This document shows positions 22,571 to 31,133 of a DNA stretch of 35,099 nucleotides, one piece after another (position 1 is the first letter of the stretch; each line of letters begins with the position of its first letter). Origin of the DNA: a virus; the IMG/VR virus record IMGVR_UViG_3300035492_000181; one strand, written 5' to 3'. The notes under the pieces were generated by a model, which saw nothing but the letters and a program-made list of their open reading frames with translations, had not been told where the DNA came from and searched no databases. The position numbers and the translations under genes are program-made.

Positions 22571-24324
22571 CAATAAATCTCCATGATGCCGGTGTTGGCC
22601 ACGGTCTGGCCCTCCAGCGGCTCGTTGTGCAGTGCGTGGAAAAGCGCCCAAGCCAGATCGGCGTGGCCCGTGTGTTCATTGCGCCCGGCGGTATAGGTGA
22701 ACTGGCGCCCGCCCGGCGTAACCGTCTTGCGGATGGCCATCAGCGACGACGCCAGGTCAGTCCAGCCGGCGTCGAACTCCAGCCGCCCCTTGCTGATCAC
22801 GTCCCAAGCCTTCATCACCAGGCGCGTCTTCACCTCCGGGCTGTAGGAGAAGGTCTTCAAGCCCGGGAAGAACTGACGCACCAGCTGCGCCACCGCGCTG
22901 CCCAGACCGGTGGTGTCGATGCCGATGTAGGTCACCCAGTAGCGGCGAGTCACCTGGCGGATCGTCTCGGCCTGTGCGTTGAAGTCCATCCCGCGGAACT
23001 GATGCCGCTCCAGGACGCGGAACTTGCCGCCCGGTACCAGCGGTGGCGCCACCACGATCAGCCCGGCGGAATCGCCAGACTCGGCCGGGTCATAGCCCAC
23101 CCATACCTGCCGATCAGCAAACGGCCGCATGGCCATCGGCTGGTAGTCCGTCCACACCGACCAGCTGTCCACCATGCACGGCTGCAGCAGATTGAGCGGG
23201 AAGATGCTCGCCCCGTCGTCGACGAACTGGCACATCAGCAGGTTCTGGAAGGCCGCCGCGTCGTACTCCAGGCGCAGCTCGTCGATATCGAACAGGTCGC
23301 AGCCACGCTCCTCGGCGTCCAGGATGGTGACGATCTGCCGCCAGATCCGGTCCTCGCACAGCCGCCCCTGCTGCAGCATGTCGTGGCTCACATCCAGCTT
23401 GAGGTGCTTGGCCGCCGGCTTGCCCTTGTTGAAGCGCTCGCCCGTCCAGAACGAATAGGCCTCGTGCGCCATCGAGCTGGGCGTCGAGAAATAGGTGCGC
23501 CGGTACTGCTTCTGCATGGCCATGCCGCTGGCCACCTTGTTCAGCTCGTTGAACTTGAACGTCCAGAAGAATTCGTCGAAGTAGAAATTGCCGTGGTAGC
23601 CCTGGGCGGTGCGCGCGTTGGTACCCAGGAAGTGCATCTCGGCGCCGTTCGGCAGAATGATCGGGTCGCCGGTGAGTTCCACCCCGACCGTGTCGCGGGC
23701 GAAGGCCTGGATATACGCCTTGAAGATATGCGCCTGCGCCTTGCTGGCCGACAGGAAGATCTGGTTGCGCCCGGTGGTCAGCGCATCGATCAACGCCTCG
23801 CGGGCGAAGTAGAACGTCGCGCCGATCTGCCGGCTCTTCAGAATGGCCCGAGTGCGCTGGTTACCTGCTCGGTACCAGTCTTTCTGGTAGTCGAAGCACC
23901 CGTCGAGGAACGCCTCGACGAGCTTCTCGACCATCTCCTCTGTGATGTCGTTGCGCTTGGGTTTACGCTTCTCCCCGGCGTTGCGCTTGGCCAGCTCCGG
24001 GTTGAGGTCGGTTTCGGTACCACCGTCCTGATAGCGCTGGATTCGGGCCTGCCGCTCCATTTGCCGGTGGAGCAGGTCGATCTCCTTGTAATCCGAGCCG
24101 CTCTTCGGTTCCTTGAGGATCAGCTGCACCAGGCGGGCCTCGGTTGCCGCCTGGATGCGCTCCAACGGCGTAGCCCGGTCCCACTCGTCCCGGGCCTTCC
24201 AGCTGTGCAGCGTCTTCTCCTTCTCGCCGAGCAGCTCGGCTATCTCGCAGACGCGGTAGCCCTGCCAATACAGGTGCTTGGCGTGGCGGCGGTGATCGGT
24301 AGGGAGTTCGACGATAGCGTTCAT
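22570..24324 (-). CDS. P: Terminase large (ATPase) subunit
   Basis: 584 aa. The N-terminal HLYWQGYRVCEIAELLG HTH is typical of P2 gpP. The gene is divergent from O. Confidence 0.95.
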   Translation of the reverse strand: MNAIVELPTDHRRHAKHLYWQGYRVCEIAELLGEKEKTLHSWKARDEWDRATPLERIQAATEARLVQLILKEPKSGSDYKEIDLLHRQMERQARIQRYQDGGTETDLNPELAKRNAGEKRKPKRNDITEEMVEKLVEAFLDGCFDYQKDWYRAGNQRTRAILKSRQIGATFYFAREALIDALTTGRNQIFLSASKAQAHIFKAYIQAFARDTVGVELTGDPIILPNGAEMHFLGTNARTAQGYHGNFYFDEFFWTFKFNELNKVASGMAMQKQYRRTYFSTPSSMAHEAYSFWTGERFNKGKPAAKHLKLDVSHDMLQQGRLCEDRIWRQIVTILDAEERGCDLFDIDELRLEYDAAAFQNLLMCQFVDDGASIFPLNLLQPCMVDSWSVWTDYQPMAMRPFADRQVWVGYDPAESGDSAGLIVVAPPLVPGGKFRVLERHQFRGMDFNAQAETIRQVTRRYWVTYIGIDTTGLGSAVAQLVRQFFPGLKTFSYSPEVKTRLVMKAWDVISKGRLEFDAGWTDLASSLMAIRKTVTPGGRQFTYTAGRNEHTGHADLAWALFHALHNEPLEGQTVANTGIMEIY

Positions 24325-24371
24325 GGCGCCGATGCTGCCGCTCGCGCGCGCGAGCCCCTACCGGCGCGTCC

Positions 24372-24390
24372 TGTATCGCTCTGTCCTACA
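24372..24390. promoter_or_regulatory. Late-promoter dyad TGT-N13-ACA in the divergent P/O intergenic region
   Basis: TGTATCGCTCTGTCCTACA, centre 24381, lying 57 nt from the P ATG and 93 nt from the O ATG. Confidence 0.55.
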
Positions 24391-24473
24391 CGCCAACCGC
24401 GTTGCCGCGCCCCCGCCGGGTGCCGACCATGCCCTCAACGAAAGGCCCACAGCCCCGGATTGAGGAAAGCCCC

Positions 24474-25334
24474 ATGGCCGCAAGCAACCCCACCGCCAAG
24501 AAGTACCGCAGCAAGTTCTTCCGCGTCGCCGTCGAAGGCGCCACCACCGACGGCCGCACCATCGAACGTCAATGGCTGGTGGACGCTGCCGAAACCTACA
24601 ACCCGAACACCTACGGCGCCCGCGTCTGGCTGGAGCACTTCCGCAGCCTGCTGCCGGACGGCCCGTTCAAGGCCTACGGCGACGTCGTCGCCCTAAAAAC
24701 CGAAGAAGTCGACATTGCCGGCAAGAAGAAGCTGGCCCTGTTCGCCCAGATCGAGCCGACCGCCGACCTCATCGCCCTGAACAAGGCGCGGCAGAAGATC
24801 TTCACCAGCATCGAGATCCGCCCGAAGTTCGCCGACACCGGTCGCGCGTACCTGGACGGCATCGCCGTTACCGATACCCCGGCCAGCCTGGGTACCGAGA
24901 TGCTCACCTTCAGCGCCCAGCACCCCGACGCCAACCCCCTCAAGGCACGGAAGAATGACCCGGAAAACCTGTTCTCCGAGGCCATCGAAGTTGCCCTCGA
25001 ATTCGAGGAAGTCACCGACAGCGAGAGCAAGGTCGCCGGCCTGTTCTCCCGCGTGATGGAAGCCCTCGGCAAGAGCAAGGACAAAGCCGTCAAGGACGAC
25101 GCCCAGTTCTCCGAGCTGACCGAAGCGGTTGAGGCCCTCGCCTCGCACGCTCAGGAGCAGGGCGAAGCCTTCACCGCAGAACAGACGGCTCGCCAGGAGC
25201 TGAGCGCCAAGGTCGACAAGCTCGAAACCGAGCTGGCCGATCTGGTCACGCGCCTCAGCGATACCGAGGACCACAGCCAACAGCAGCGCCCGCCCGCCAC
25301 CGGCGGCGACGGCAAAGCCCTGGCCAAGTTCTGA
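24474..25334 (+). CDS. O: Capsid scaffolding protein
   Basis: GAGGAAA RBS before ATG 24474. KKYRSKFFRVAVEGATTDGRTI matches the gpO N-terminus. The listed 24402 start was rejected. Confidence 0.9.
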   Translation: MAASNPTAKKYRSKFFRVAVEGATTDGRTIERQWLVDAAETYNPNTYGARVWLEHFRSLLPDGPFKAYGDVVALKTEEVDIAGKKKLALFAQIEPTADLIALNKARQKIFTSIEIRPKFADTGRAYLDGIAVTDTPASLGTEMLTFSAQHPDANPLKARKNDPENLFSEAIEVALEFEEVTDSESKVAGLFSRVMEALGKSKDKAVKDDAQFSELTEAVEALASHAQEQGEAFTAEQTARQELSAKVDKLETELADLVTRLSDTEDHSQQQRPPATGGDGKALAKF

Positions 25335-25364
25335 CCCATCACCAGCGCCCACTCGGAGCACACC

Positions 25365-26372
25365 ATGCGTAACGAAACCCGAATCGCCTACAACGGCTAC
25401 CTGGCACAGGTAGCCAAGCTGAACGGCGTCGACAGCGCCGCCGTCAAGTTCAATGTCGAGCCCAGCGTGCAGCAGAACCTCGAGACTGCCATCCAGGAAT
25501 CCACCGCGCTGCTCGGCCGCATCAACGTCATCGGCGTAATGGAGCAGTCGGGCGAGGCCCTGCTGCTGGGCGTCAACGGCCCGATCGCCAGCCGTACCGA
25601 CACCGCAGGCGGCAACCGCCGTAACCCTGGCGAGCATCAGGCTCTGTCCAAGGACGACTACACCTGCAAGCAGACCAACTTCGACAGCGCCTTCCGTTAC
25701 GTGCTGCTCGATGCCTGGGCCAAGTTCCCGGACTTCCAGACCCGCCTCACCGCGGCCATCGCCCAACGGCAGGCCCTTGACCGCCTGATGATCGGCTGGA
25801 ACGGCGTCTCCGCCGCCGCGGCCACCAACGCGGCAACCTACCCGCTGCGCCAGGACGTCAACATCGGCTGGCTGCAGAAGATTCGCACCAAGGCTCCGGA
25901 TCGCGTGCTCGATGAAGGCGCCACCGTAGGCAAGGTCACCGTCGGCGCCACCGGCGACTACAAGACCCTCGACGGCTTGGTCTTCGATGCCGTCCAGATG
26001 CTGGACCCGTGGCACCGCAGCCACCCTGACCTGATCGTCATCGTCTCGCGCAACCTGATGCACGAGAAGTTGCTGGCCGCGGTCGAGAAAGGCGCCACCT
26101 CCAACCAGGAAGAGAACGCCGCACAGGAGATCGTCACCCGCGCCCGGCTGGGCGGCCTGCCGATCGTCGACGCCCCCTACTTCCCGGACGGCACCGTGCT
26201 GGTCACCACCCTGAGCAACCTGTCGATTTACTGGCAGGAAGGCGCCCGCCGCCGCCACCTCAAGGACGAGCCGGAATACGACCGCATCGCCGACTACCAG
26301 TCCTCCAACGACGCCTACGTCGTGGAAGACCTCGGCCTGGTCGCCCTGGTCGAGAAAATCGAGAAGGTGTAA
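25365..26372 (+). CDS. N: Major capsid protein
   Basis: 335 aa, P2 gpN-like in size and position between O and M. Confidence 0.95.
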   Translation: MRNETRIAYNGYLAQVAKLNGVDSAAVKFNVEPSVQQNLETAIQESTALLGRINVIGVMEQSGEALLLGVNGPIASRTDTAGGNRRNPGEHQALSKDDYTCKQTNFDSAFRYVLLDAWAKFPDFQTRLTAAIAQRQALDRLMIGWNGVSAAAATNAATYPLRQDVNIGWLQKIRTKAPDRVLDEGATVGKVTVGATGDYKTLDGLVFDAVQMLDPWHRSHPDLIVIVSRNLMHEKLLAAVEKGATSNQEENAAQEIVTRARLGGLPIVDAPYFPDGTVLVTTLSNLSIYWQEGARRRHLKDEPEYDRIADYQSSNDAYVVEDLGLVALVEKIEKV

Positions 26373-26375
26373 GCC

Positions 26376-27212
26376 ATGAGCCTGACCCTTGCCCAACGTA
26401 ACCAGCTGCGCAAGCGCGCAGCCCAGGAGGCGGCAGCCGCCGCGCCCGCCACGCTCATGGAAGGTGCCACCAGCTACGAGGTGATGCTGGCCAAGCTGCA
26501 ACAGGACCAGTTCCGCCTCAAGCAGGTGCAGTCGACGGAGGGCAAGGCGAAGCTCAAGGTCGAGCTGCTGCCGGATTACGTTCCGTACATTGAGGGCGTG
26601 CTCTCGGCAGGCCAAGGCGCCCAGGACGACGTGCTGGTCACCGTCATGGTCTGGCGTTTCGATGCCAGCGACTTCGACGGCGGCCTGCAGATCGCCGAGT
26701 ACGTGCTGCGCCACCAGCTGGTGATGCCGGATCGCTTCAACCGCACCACCGGCTGCCTGGTAGCCGAGGAAGTCGCCACTGCCGCGCTCAACGCCCAGAA
26801 GGCCGGCAAACCCTTCCCGCTGGTAACCCTCAACCGCACCGCAGAGCTGACCGCCGATCAGGACATGCCCGACGAGGCTCGCGCCAAGCTGGTTCTCGCC
26901 CAAGGCCGCGCCCAGTTGGCCCAGCTCAACTACGACGCCGAAACGCTCACCCAGGACGAACGGGCCTGGCTGCAGTTCGGCATCGACCTGCTCAAACGCG
27001 CCATCGAGCTGCACAACAGCTGCGGCGGCAAGAAGGATCTGGAGCGCGCCGAGCGCCTCCTCAAGAAACATGCGGCAAGCGCGCCTACCGATACCGGTAC
27101 CGGCGAGCCCCCGGCAGACGATCAGCCCCAGCCCGACCAGGCCAAGGGCGCCGAAGCCGACCAGGGCGCTCCGGATGCCAGCACCGGCACCGGCGAGGCC
27201 TCCGCTAACTGA
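26376..27212 (+). CDS. M: Terminase small (endonuclease) subunit with an acidic low-complexity tail
   Basis: MSLTLAQRNQLRKRA N-terminus and position as for P2 gpM. The C-terminal ~50 aa are rich in P, D, Q, G and A. Confidence 0.85.
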   Translation: MSLTLAQRNQLRKRAAQEAAAAAPATLMEGATSYEVMLAKLQQDQFRLKQVQSTEGKAKLKVELLPDYVPYIEGVLSAGQGAQDDVLVTVMVWRFDASDFDGGLQIAEYVLRHQLVMPDRFNRTTGCLVAEEVATAALNAQKAGKPFPLVTLNRTAELTADQDMPDEARAKLVLAQGRAQLAQLNYDAETLTQDERAWLQFGIDLLKRAIELHNSCGGKKDLERAERLLKKHAASAPTDTGTGEPPADDQPQPDQAKGAEADQGAPDASTGTGEASAN

Positions 27213-27311
27213 GCGTCCCCACGCACCCGGCGGCTCGGGGCTGATCGACAGGTTTTCTCCTTGGCCTAGTCGTGAAGCCCCGACCACCGCCGACCCATTC
27301 GAGCGATAGGC

Positions 27312-27776
27312 ATGAGCGGATTTATCGCCACCGGCGCCACCACCGCAGAGCACAAGATCGAGAACGACGCCTTCTGGCCGGTGATCGATTGCCTCGACCT
27401 GCGCGCCGCCATGCGCCTGGACGCCAGCGTCACCCCCGAGCGCATCGAGGTGGCCGCGATCAACGCCATGATCGAGGCCAACCGCGAACTCGACCTATAC
27501 CGCCGCGCCCGTACTGAAGAGGGCCACCTCACCCTGTCCGACGTGCCGGCACCGCAGATCAAGGGCGAAAGCCAGCTGCTGCACCTCTACCGCCGCACCA
27601 TCTACTGCCGCGCCACCGCCGAACTGGTCGAGCGCTACCGCAGCTTCGACGCAACCAACAGCGGCGAGCAGAAGGCCACCGAGGACAGCACCAACATCGA
27701 CGAGCTGCGCCGCGACGCGCGCCACGCCCTGCGCAGCATCCTCGGCATCAGCCACACCACGGTGGAGCTGCTCTGA
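27312..27776 (+). CDS. L: Head completion/stabilisation protein
   Basis: 154 aa. Position and the ...LYRRTIYCRATAELVERYR motif are typical of gpL. Confidence 0.85.
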   Translation: MSGFIATGATTAEHKIENDAFWPVIDCLDLRAAMRLDASVTPERIEVAAINAMIEANRELDLYRRARTEEGHLTLSDVPAPQIKGESQLLHLYRRTIYCRATAELVERYRSFDATNSGEQKATEDSTNIDELRRDARHALRSILGISHTTVELL

Positions 27777-27985
27777 TGACCACCGTGATCGCCAACCAGG
27801 GCGACACCGTCGACGCCATCTGCTGGCGGTACTACGGCCGCACCGCCGGAGTCACCGAGGCCGTCCTCGACTCCAACCCCGGTCTCGCCGATCTCGGCCC
27901 CGTAATCCCCCACGGCACCGCCGTCACTCTGCCGGATGCCGCCCCGCAAGCCGAACAACGCCAAGTGGTGAACCTATGGGACTGA
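27776..27985 (+). CDS. X: Tail protein X (LysM-like)
   Basis: MTTVIANQGDTVDAICWRYYGRT is characteristic of P2 gpX. 69 aa. Confidence 0.85.
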   Translation: MTTVIANQGDTVDAICWRYYGRTAGVTEAVLDSNPGLADLGPVIPHGTAVTLPDAAPQAEQRQVVNLWD

Positions 27986-28434
27986 TCTACCTCGCCCTCT
28001 ACAAGGGTCGCGGCACGCTGTTCAACCGCCTGGTCCGCCTTTGGACGCGCTCCAAGTACAGCCATTGCGAACTGGTCCTGGCCGATGGCCGCTGGTTGTC
28101 CGCCTCGGCCATGGACGGTGGCGTGCGCGCCAAGCACATCGAGCTGAACCTCGAACACTGGGACCTCATCCCGCTGCCCTGGGCGGACTATCGCCAGATC
28201 GCCCGTGTGTTCCGCGCCAACGCCGGTCAGGGCTACGACTTCTTCGGCCTGTTCGGCAGCCAGCTGCTGCCGGTCGGCCTGCACAGCCGGCGTCGCTGGT
28301 TCTGCAGCGAGTTCTGCGCCGCCGCGCTCGGTTTCCCCATGCCCCAGCGCTACAGCCCGGCTCAGCTGGGCGAAGTGGTCCAGCACATCAACACCCTCAC
28401 GCCCAGCGGACAGTGGAATGAAACGCATGCATGA
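27976..28434 (+). CDS. Permuted papain-fold (YiiX/C92-like) cysteine hydrolase candidate
   Basis: A His motif (SKYSHCELVL) precedes a Cys motif (RRWFCSEFCAAALG), with GQGYDFFG between them, as in YiiX-type enzymes. The gene lies between X and the holin. Confidence 0.5.
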   Translation: MGLIYLALYKGRGTLFNRLVRLWTRSKYSHCELVLADGRWLSASAMDGGVRAKHIELNLEHWDLIPLPWADYRQIARVFRANAGQGYDFFGLFGSQLLPVGLHSRRRWFCSEFCAAALGFPMPQRYSPAQLGEVVQHINTLTPSGQWNETHA

Positions 28435-28738
28435 CCGTCCCGAAATGGCCTGGCTCGCCACATGGCTCCAGGAGAATTACCCGATCCTGTATGCGGCAGG
28501 CCTGTCCGCTGCCATCGCCGGCTCGCGGCTGATGCTCGGCGGCGGATCGCTGCGCCGCATCGCCATCGAATCAGTCGTCTGCGGCTTGATCACCCTGGCT
28601 GCCAGCAATGGTCTGGCGCTGTTTGGCATTCCGCAGGAATACGCCCCGTTCTTTGGCGGCATCATCGGCCTGATCGGCGCAGAGGGCGTTCGCGCCGGTG
28701 CCAAGCGCCTGTTCGAGCGTAAGGTGGAAAGCGTATGA
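28418..28738 (+). CDS. Class I holin, lambda S-like, with dual start motif MKRM
   Basis: Three hydrophobic segments and a charged C-terminus (GIIGLIGAEGVRAGAKRLFERK, cf. the lambda S tail). ATGA overlap with the endolysin gene. Confidence 0.8.
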   Translation: MKRMHDRPEMAWLATWLQENYPILYAAGLSAAIAGSRLMLGGGSLRRIAIESVVCGLITLAASNGLALFGIPQEYAPFFGGIIGLIGAEGVRAGAKRLFERKVESV

Positions 28739-29550
28739 GCGAACTTCTGATCATCGGCTCGCGCGGTCTCTCCGTGCGCAACCTGCAGGCCTCACTCACG
28801 CTGGCCGGCTTCGCTGTAGCCGTGGACGGCGACTTCGGCGAGCAGACCGAGCGCGCCGTGGCCGCCTACCAGCGCCGCGCCGGCCTGGTGGACGATGGCG
28901 TCGCAGGCCCGAAGACGCTGGCGGCGCTCCACGGCTACGACACCTCGCGCTACCTCAAGCGGAAGGACTTGCAGCAGGCCGCCGACCGCCTCGGCGTGCC
29001 GCTGGCCAGCGTCATGGCCGTCAACCAGGTGGAGAGCCGCGGCGAGGGCTTCGCCAGCAACGGCCGCCCGGTGATCCTGTTCGAACGGCACGTCATGCAC
29101 GCCCGACTCCAGACCAATGGCCTGAGCGAGGCCGAGGCTGATGCACTCGCCGCCAAGCATCCCGCCCTGGTCAACCGCAAGTCCGGCGGCTACATCGGCG
29201 GTACCGCCGAGCATCAGCGTCTCGCCCAGGCGCAGCAGATCCACGCGGCCGCCGCGCTGGAGTCCGCCAGCTGGGGTCTGTTCCAGATCATGGGCTACCA
29301 CTGGCAGCGACTCGGCTACCACGACGCCCAGCACTTCGCGGACACCATGGCCTTGAGCGAGGCGGCCCAGCTCGACGCCTTCGTCACCTTCATCGAAACC
29401 GACCCCGCGCTGCACAAGGCGCTCAAGGGCAGGAAGTGGGCCGAGTTCGCCCGCCGCTACAACGGCCCGAACTACGCCCGCAACTTCTACGACGTGAAGC
29501 TCGCCCGGGCCTATGCGCAGTTCGCCGGCGAGCAGGAGCGCGCGGCATGA
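28735..29550 (+). CDS. Endolysin: PG_binding_1 domain plus N-acetylmuramidase (DUF3380-type) domain
   Basis: AVDGDFGEQTERAVAAYQRRAGLVDDGVAGPKTLAAL is the PG-binding repeat. SWGLFQIMGYHW...FARRYNGPNYARNFYDVKL is the muramidase motif. Confidence 0.85.
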   Translation: MSELLIIGSRGLSVRNLQASLTLAGFAVAVDGDFGEQTERAVAAYQRRAGLVDDGVAGPKTLAALHGYDTSRYLKRKDLQQAADRLGVPLASVMAVNQVESRGEGFASNGRPVILFERHVMHARLQTNGLSEAEADALAAKHPALVNRKSGGYIGGTAEHQRLAQAQQIHAAAALESASWGLFQIMGYHWQRLGYHDAQHFADTMALSEAAQLDAFVTFIETDPALHKALKGRKWAEFARRYNGPNYARNFYDVKLARAYAQFAGEQERAA

Positions 29551-29990
29551 CCATCGCCCGCCAGCTCCTCTACGGCCTCGCGCTGGTCGGCGCGCTCTGC
29601 CTGCTGATCTGGGTGCAGCAACAGCGCATTGACACCGCCCAGGCGCAGGCCGATCTCGCCAGCGAGCGCCTGCAAACCGCCCAACAGCGCAACGCCCGCC
29701 AGGCCGCCACCATCACCCGCCTAGCCGGCGAGGTAGCCACCCAACGCCTCGACCAACAGGCTCTGCAACAGACCATCGCCGACCTGCACCAGGCTCACGC
29801 CACCGATCAGCTCAAGAAGAAGGAACGCCGCCGTGAAAACCCAACCCATGCGACTTGGGCTGCTCAGCCTTTGCCTGATGCTGCTCGCCGCCTGCACGAG
29901 CGCCCCGCCATCACCGGAGCCGCAGGTTACCGTCAGTGGCTGTCCGGTCGTGACGCGCTGCACGCTGGCCCCGGCGGCGCCGAGAAGTAA
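29547..29990 (+). CDS. i-spanin (Rz/LysB-like)
   Basis: ATGA overlap with the endolysin gene. N-terminal TM helix LLYGLALVGALCLLIW followed by a Q/A-rich coiled coil. Confidence 0.75.
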   Translation: MTIARQLLYGLALVGALCLLIWVQQQRIDTAQAQADLASERLQTAQQRNARQAATITRLAGEVATQRLDQQALQQTIADLHQAHATDQLKKKERRRENPTHATWAAQPLPDAARRLHERPAITGAAGYRQWLSGRDALHAGPGGAEK

Positions 29991-30096
29991 CGGCGAACTC
30001 AGCGACGACACCGACTACCTCATGGCCGCCTGGGGCGAATGTGCCGCCAAGGTGGACCTCATCGTCGACCACAACGCACGAAGCACCCAGCCATGA
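29833..30096 (+). CDS. o-spanin lipoprotein (Rz1/LysC-like), starting inside the i-spanin gene in another frame
   Basis: Signal peptide with lipobox LLAAC and a Pro-rich mature N-terminus. It extends beyond the Rz stop, as in P2 lysB/lysC. Start is GTG 29833 or ATG 29848. Confidence 0.75.
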   Translation: MKTQPMRLGLLSLCLMLLAACTSAPPSPEPQVTVSGCPVVTRCTLAPAAPRSNGELSDDTDYLMAAWGECAAKVDLIVDHNARSTQP

Positions 30097-30617
30097 ACAA
30101 GCCCAACTCCCTGCGCGCCCACCTGCTCGCTGCCGTGCCCGAGCTGCACAAAAATCCCGACCGTCTGCTGGTGTTCATCGACAACGGCACCATCCGCAGC
30201 ACCGCTGCCCATGGGCTGTCTTTCGAGTACAGCTACACCCTCAACGTCATCCTTACCGACTTCGCCGGGCACCCGGATGCCGTCGCTATCCCCCTCCTCG
30301 CCTGGGTCATGGTCAACCAGCACGAATTGCTGGCCAACCAGGAGAAGGGCAAGACCGCCATCGCCTTCGAGGCTGACGTCCTGGACAACAGCAAGGTCGA
30401 CCTCTCCATCAAGTTGCCGCTGACCGAACGCGTCATCGTCAAAAAGCAGGCAACAGGCGCCCTTGACGTCACCCACCCGGCCGAACCCCAGCTGGAGCCT
30501 TTCCTGGAAGCGGGCACCTGGCAGCTGTATGCCGAAGGCATGCTGCTGGCCGAGTGGCAGAGCACCGCTCAGGATGGCGGCGACATCTCCAGCCCGCATC
30601 CGGTGCGGCATGGCTGA
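30093..30617 (+). CDS. R: Tail completion protein R
   Basis: MNKPNSLRAHLLAAVPELHKNPDRLLVFIDNGTI...YTLNVILTDFAG matches my recollection of the P2 gpR N-terminus. ATGA overlap upstream. Confidence 0.8.
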   Translation: MNKPNSLRAHLLAAVPELHKNPDRLLVFIDNGTIRSTAAHGLSFEYSYTLNVILTDFAGHPDAVAIPLLAWVMVNQHELLANQEKGKTAIAFEADVLDNSKVDLSIKLPLTERVIVKKQATGALDVTHPAEPQLEPFLEAGTWQLYAEGMLLAEWQSTAQDGGDISSPHPVRHG

Positions 30618-31059
30618 TCTTCGCGCCCTGGAAGACTGGGCCGGCGTTCTGCTGGCCCGGCTGGAACCCGGCGCTCGACGCCAGCTCAACCAGCAGATCG
30701 GCCGCGAGCTGCGGCGCAGCCAGCAGCAGCGCGTGGCGAGACAGCGCAACCCGGACGGCACTCCGTACGCGCCACGCAAGCCCCGGCAGCTGCGCGGCAA
30801 GGTCGGGCGCATCAAACGGCAGATGTTCACCAAGCTGCGCCAGGCTGCGCACCTCAAGCTGCGCAGTACCCCGGATGCGATCGCCATCAGCTTTATGGGC
30901 CGCGTAGCCCGCATCGCCCGCGTCCACCAGTACGGCCTGCGCGACCGCCCCGATCGCGGCCAGGCCGAGGTGCAATACGAGCGCCGCGAGCTGCTCGGCT
31001 TCACCGACGCCGACCTGGAATTGATCCGCGACCAGCTCCTGGGGCACCTCACCGGTTGA
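30610..31059 (+). CDS. S: Tail completion / virion morphogenesis protein S
   Basis: 149 aa. Position and the GRIKRQMFTKLR...VHQYG motif are typical of gpS. It overlaps R by 8 nt. Confidence 0.8.
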   Translation: MADLRALEDWAGVLLARLEPGARRQLNQQIGRELRRSQQQRVARQRNPDGTPYAPRKPRQLRGKVGRIKRQMFTKLRQAAHLKLRSTPDAIAISFMGRVARIARVHQYGLRDRPDRGQAEVQYERRELLGFTDADLELIRDQLLGHLTG

Positions 31060-31065
31060 CCTTGC

Positions 31066-31088
31066 CCTGTAGCGCCCCGCGCTACAGG
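31066..31088 (+). promoter_or_regulatory. Late-promoter dyad TGT-N13-ACA upstream of V (also a 10-bp perfect palindrome)
   Basis: CCTGTAGCGC-CCC-GCGCTACAGG, centre 31077, 57 nt before ATG 31134. Confidence 0.55.
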
Positions 31089-31133
31089 CTCAGCACCGTG
31101 CGCCACGCGCGCGCGAGCCGCAGCATCAGCGGC

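Noticed and set aside
21512-22651. Extended upstream starts offered by the ORF track: portal from 22651, gpO from 24402, repressor from 10879 (TTG), J from 31807, V from 31056, Rz from 29436, holin from 28205, integrase from 18204
   Set aside because: The internal starts give N-termini matching the P2-family proteins. They also have RBSs or ATGA/TGATG coupling to the upstream gene. The extensions are Arg/Pro/Ala-rich read-through of neighbouring genes.
27229-27291. Long-range inverted repeat (GGCGGCTCGGGGCT ... AGCCCCGACCACCGCC) in the M-L intergenic region
   Set aside because: The pairing is imperfect with a 33-nt loop, and there is no dyad of the TGT-N13-ACA type. I could not assign a function from sequence alone.
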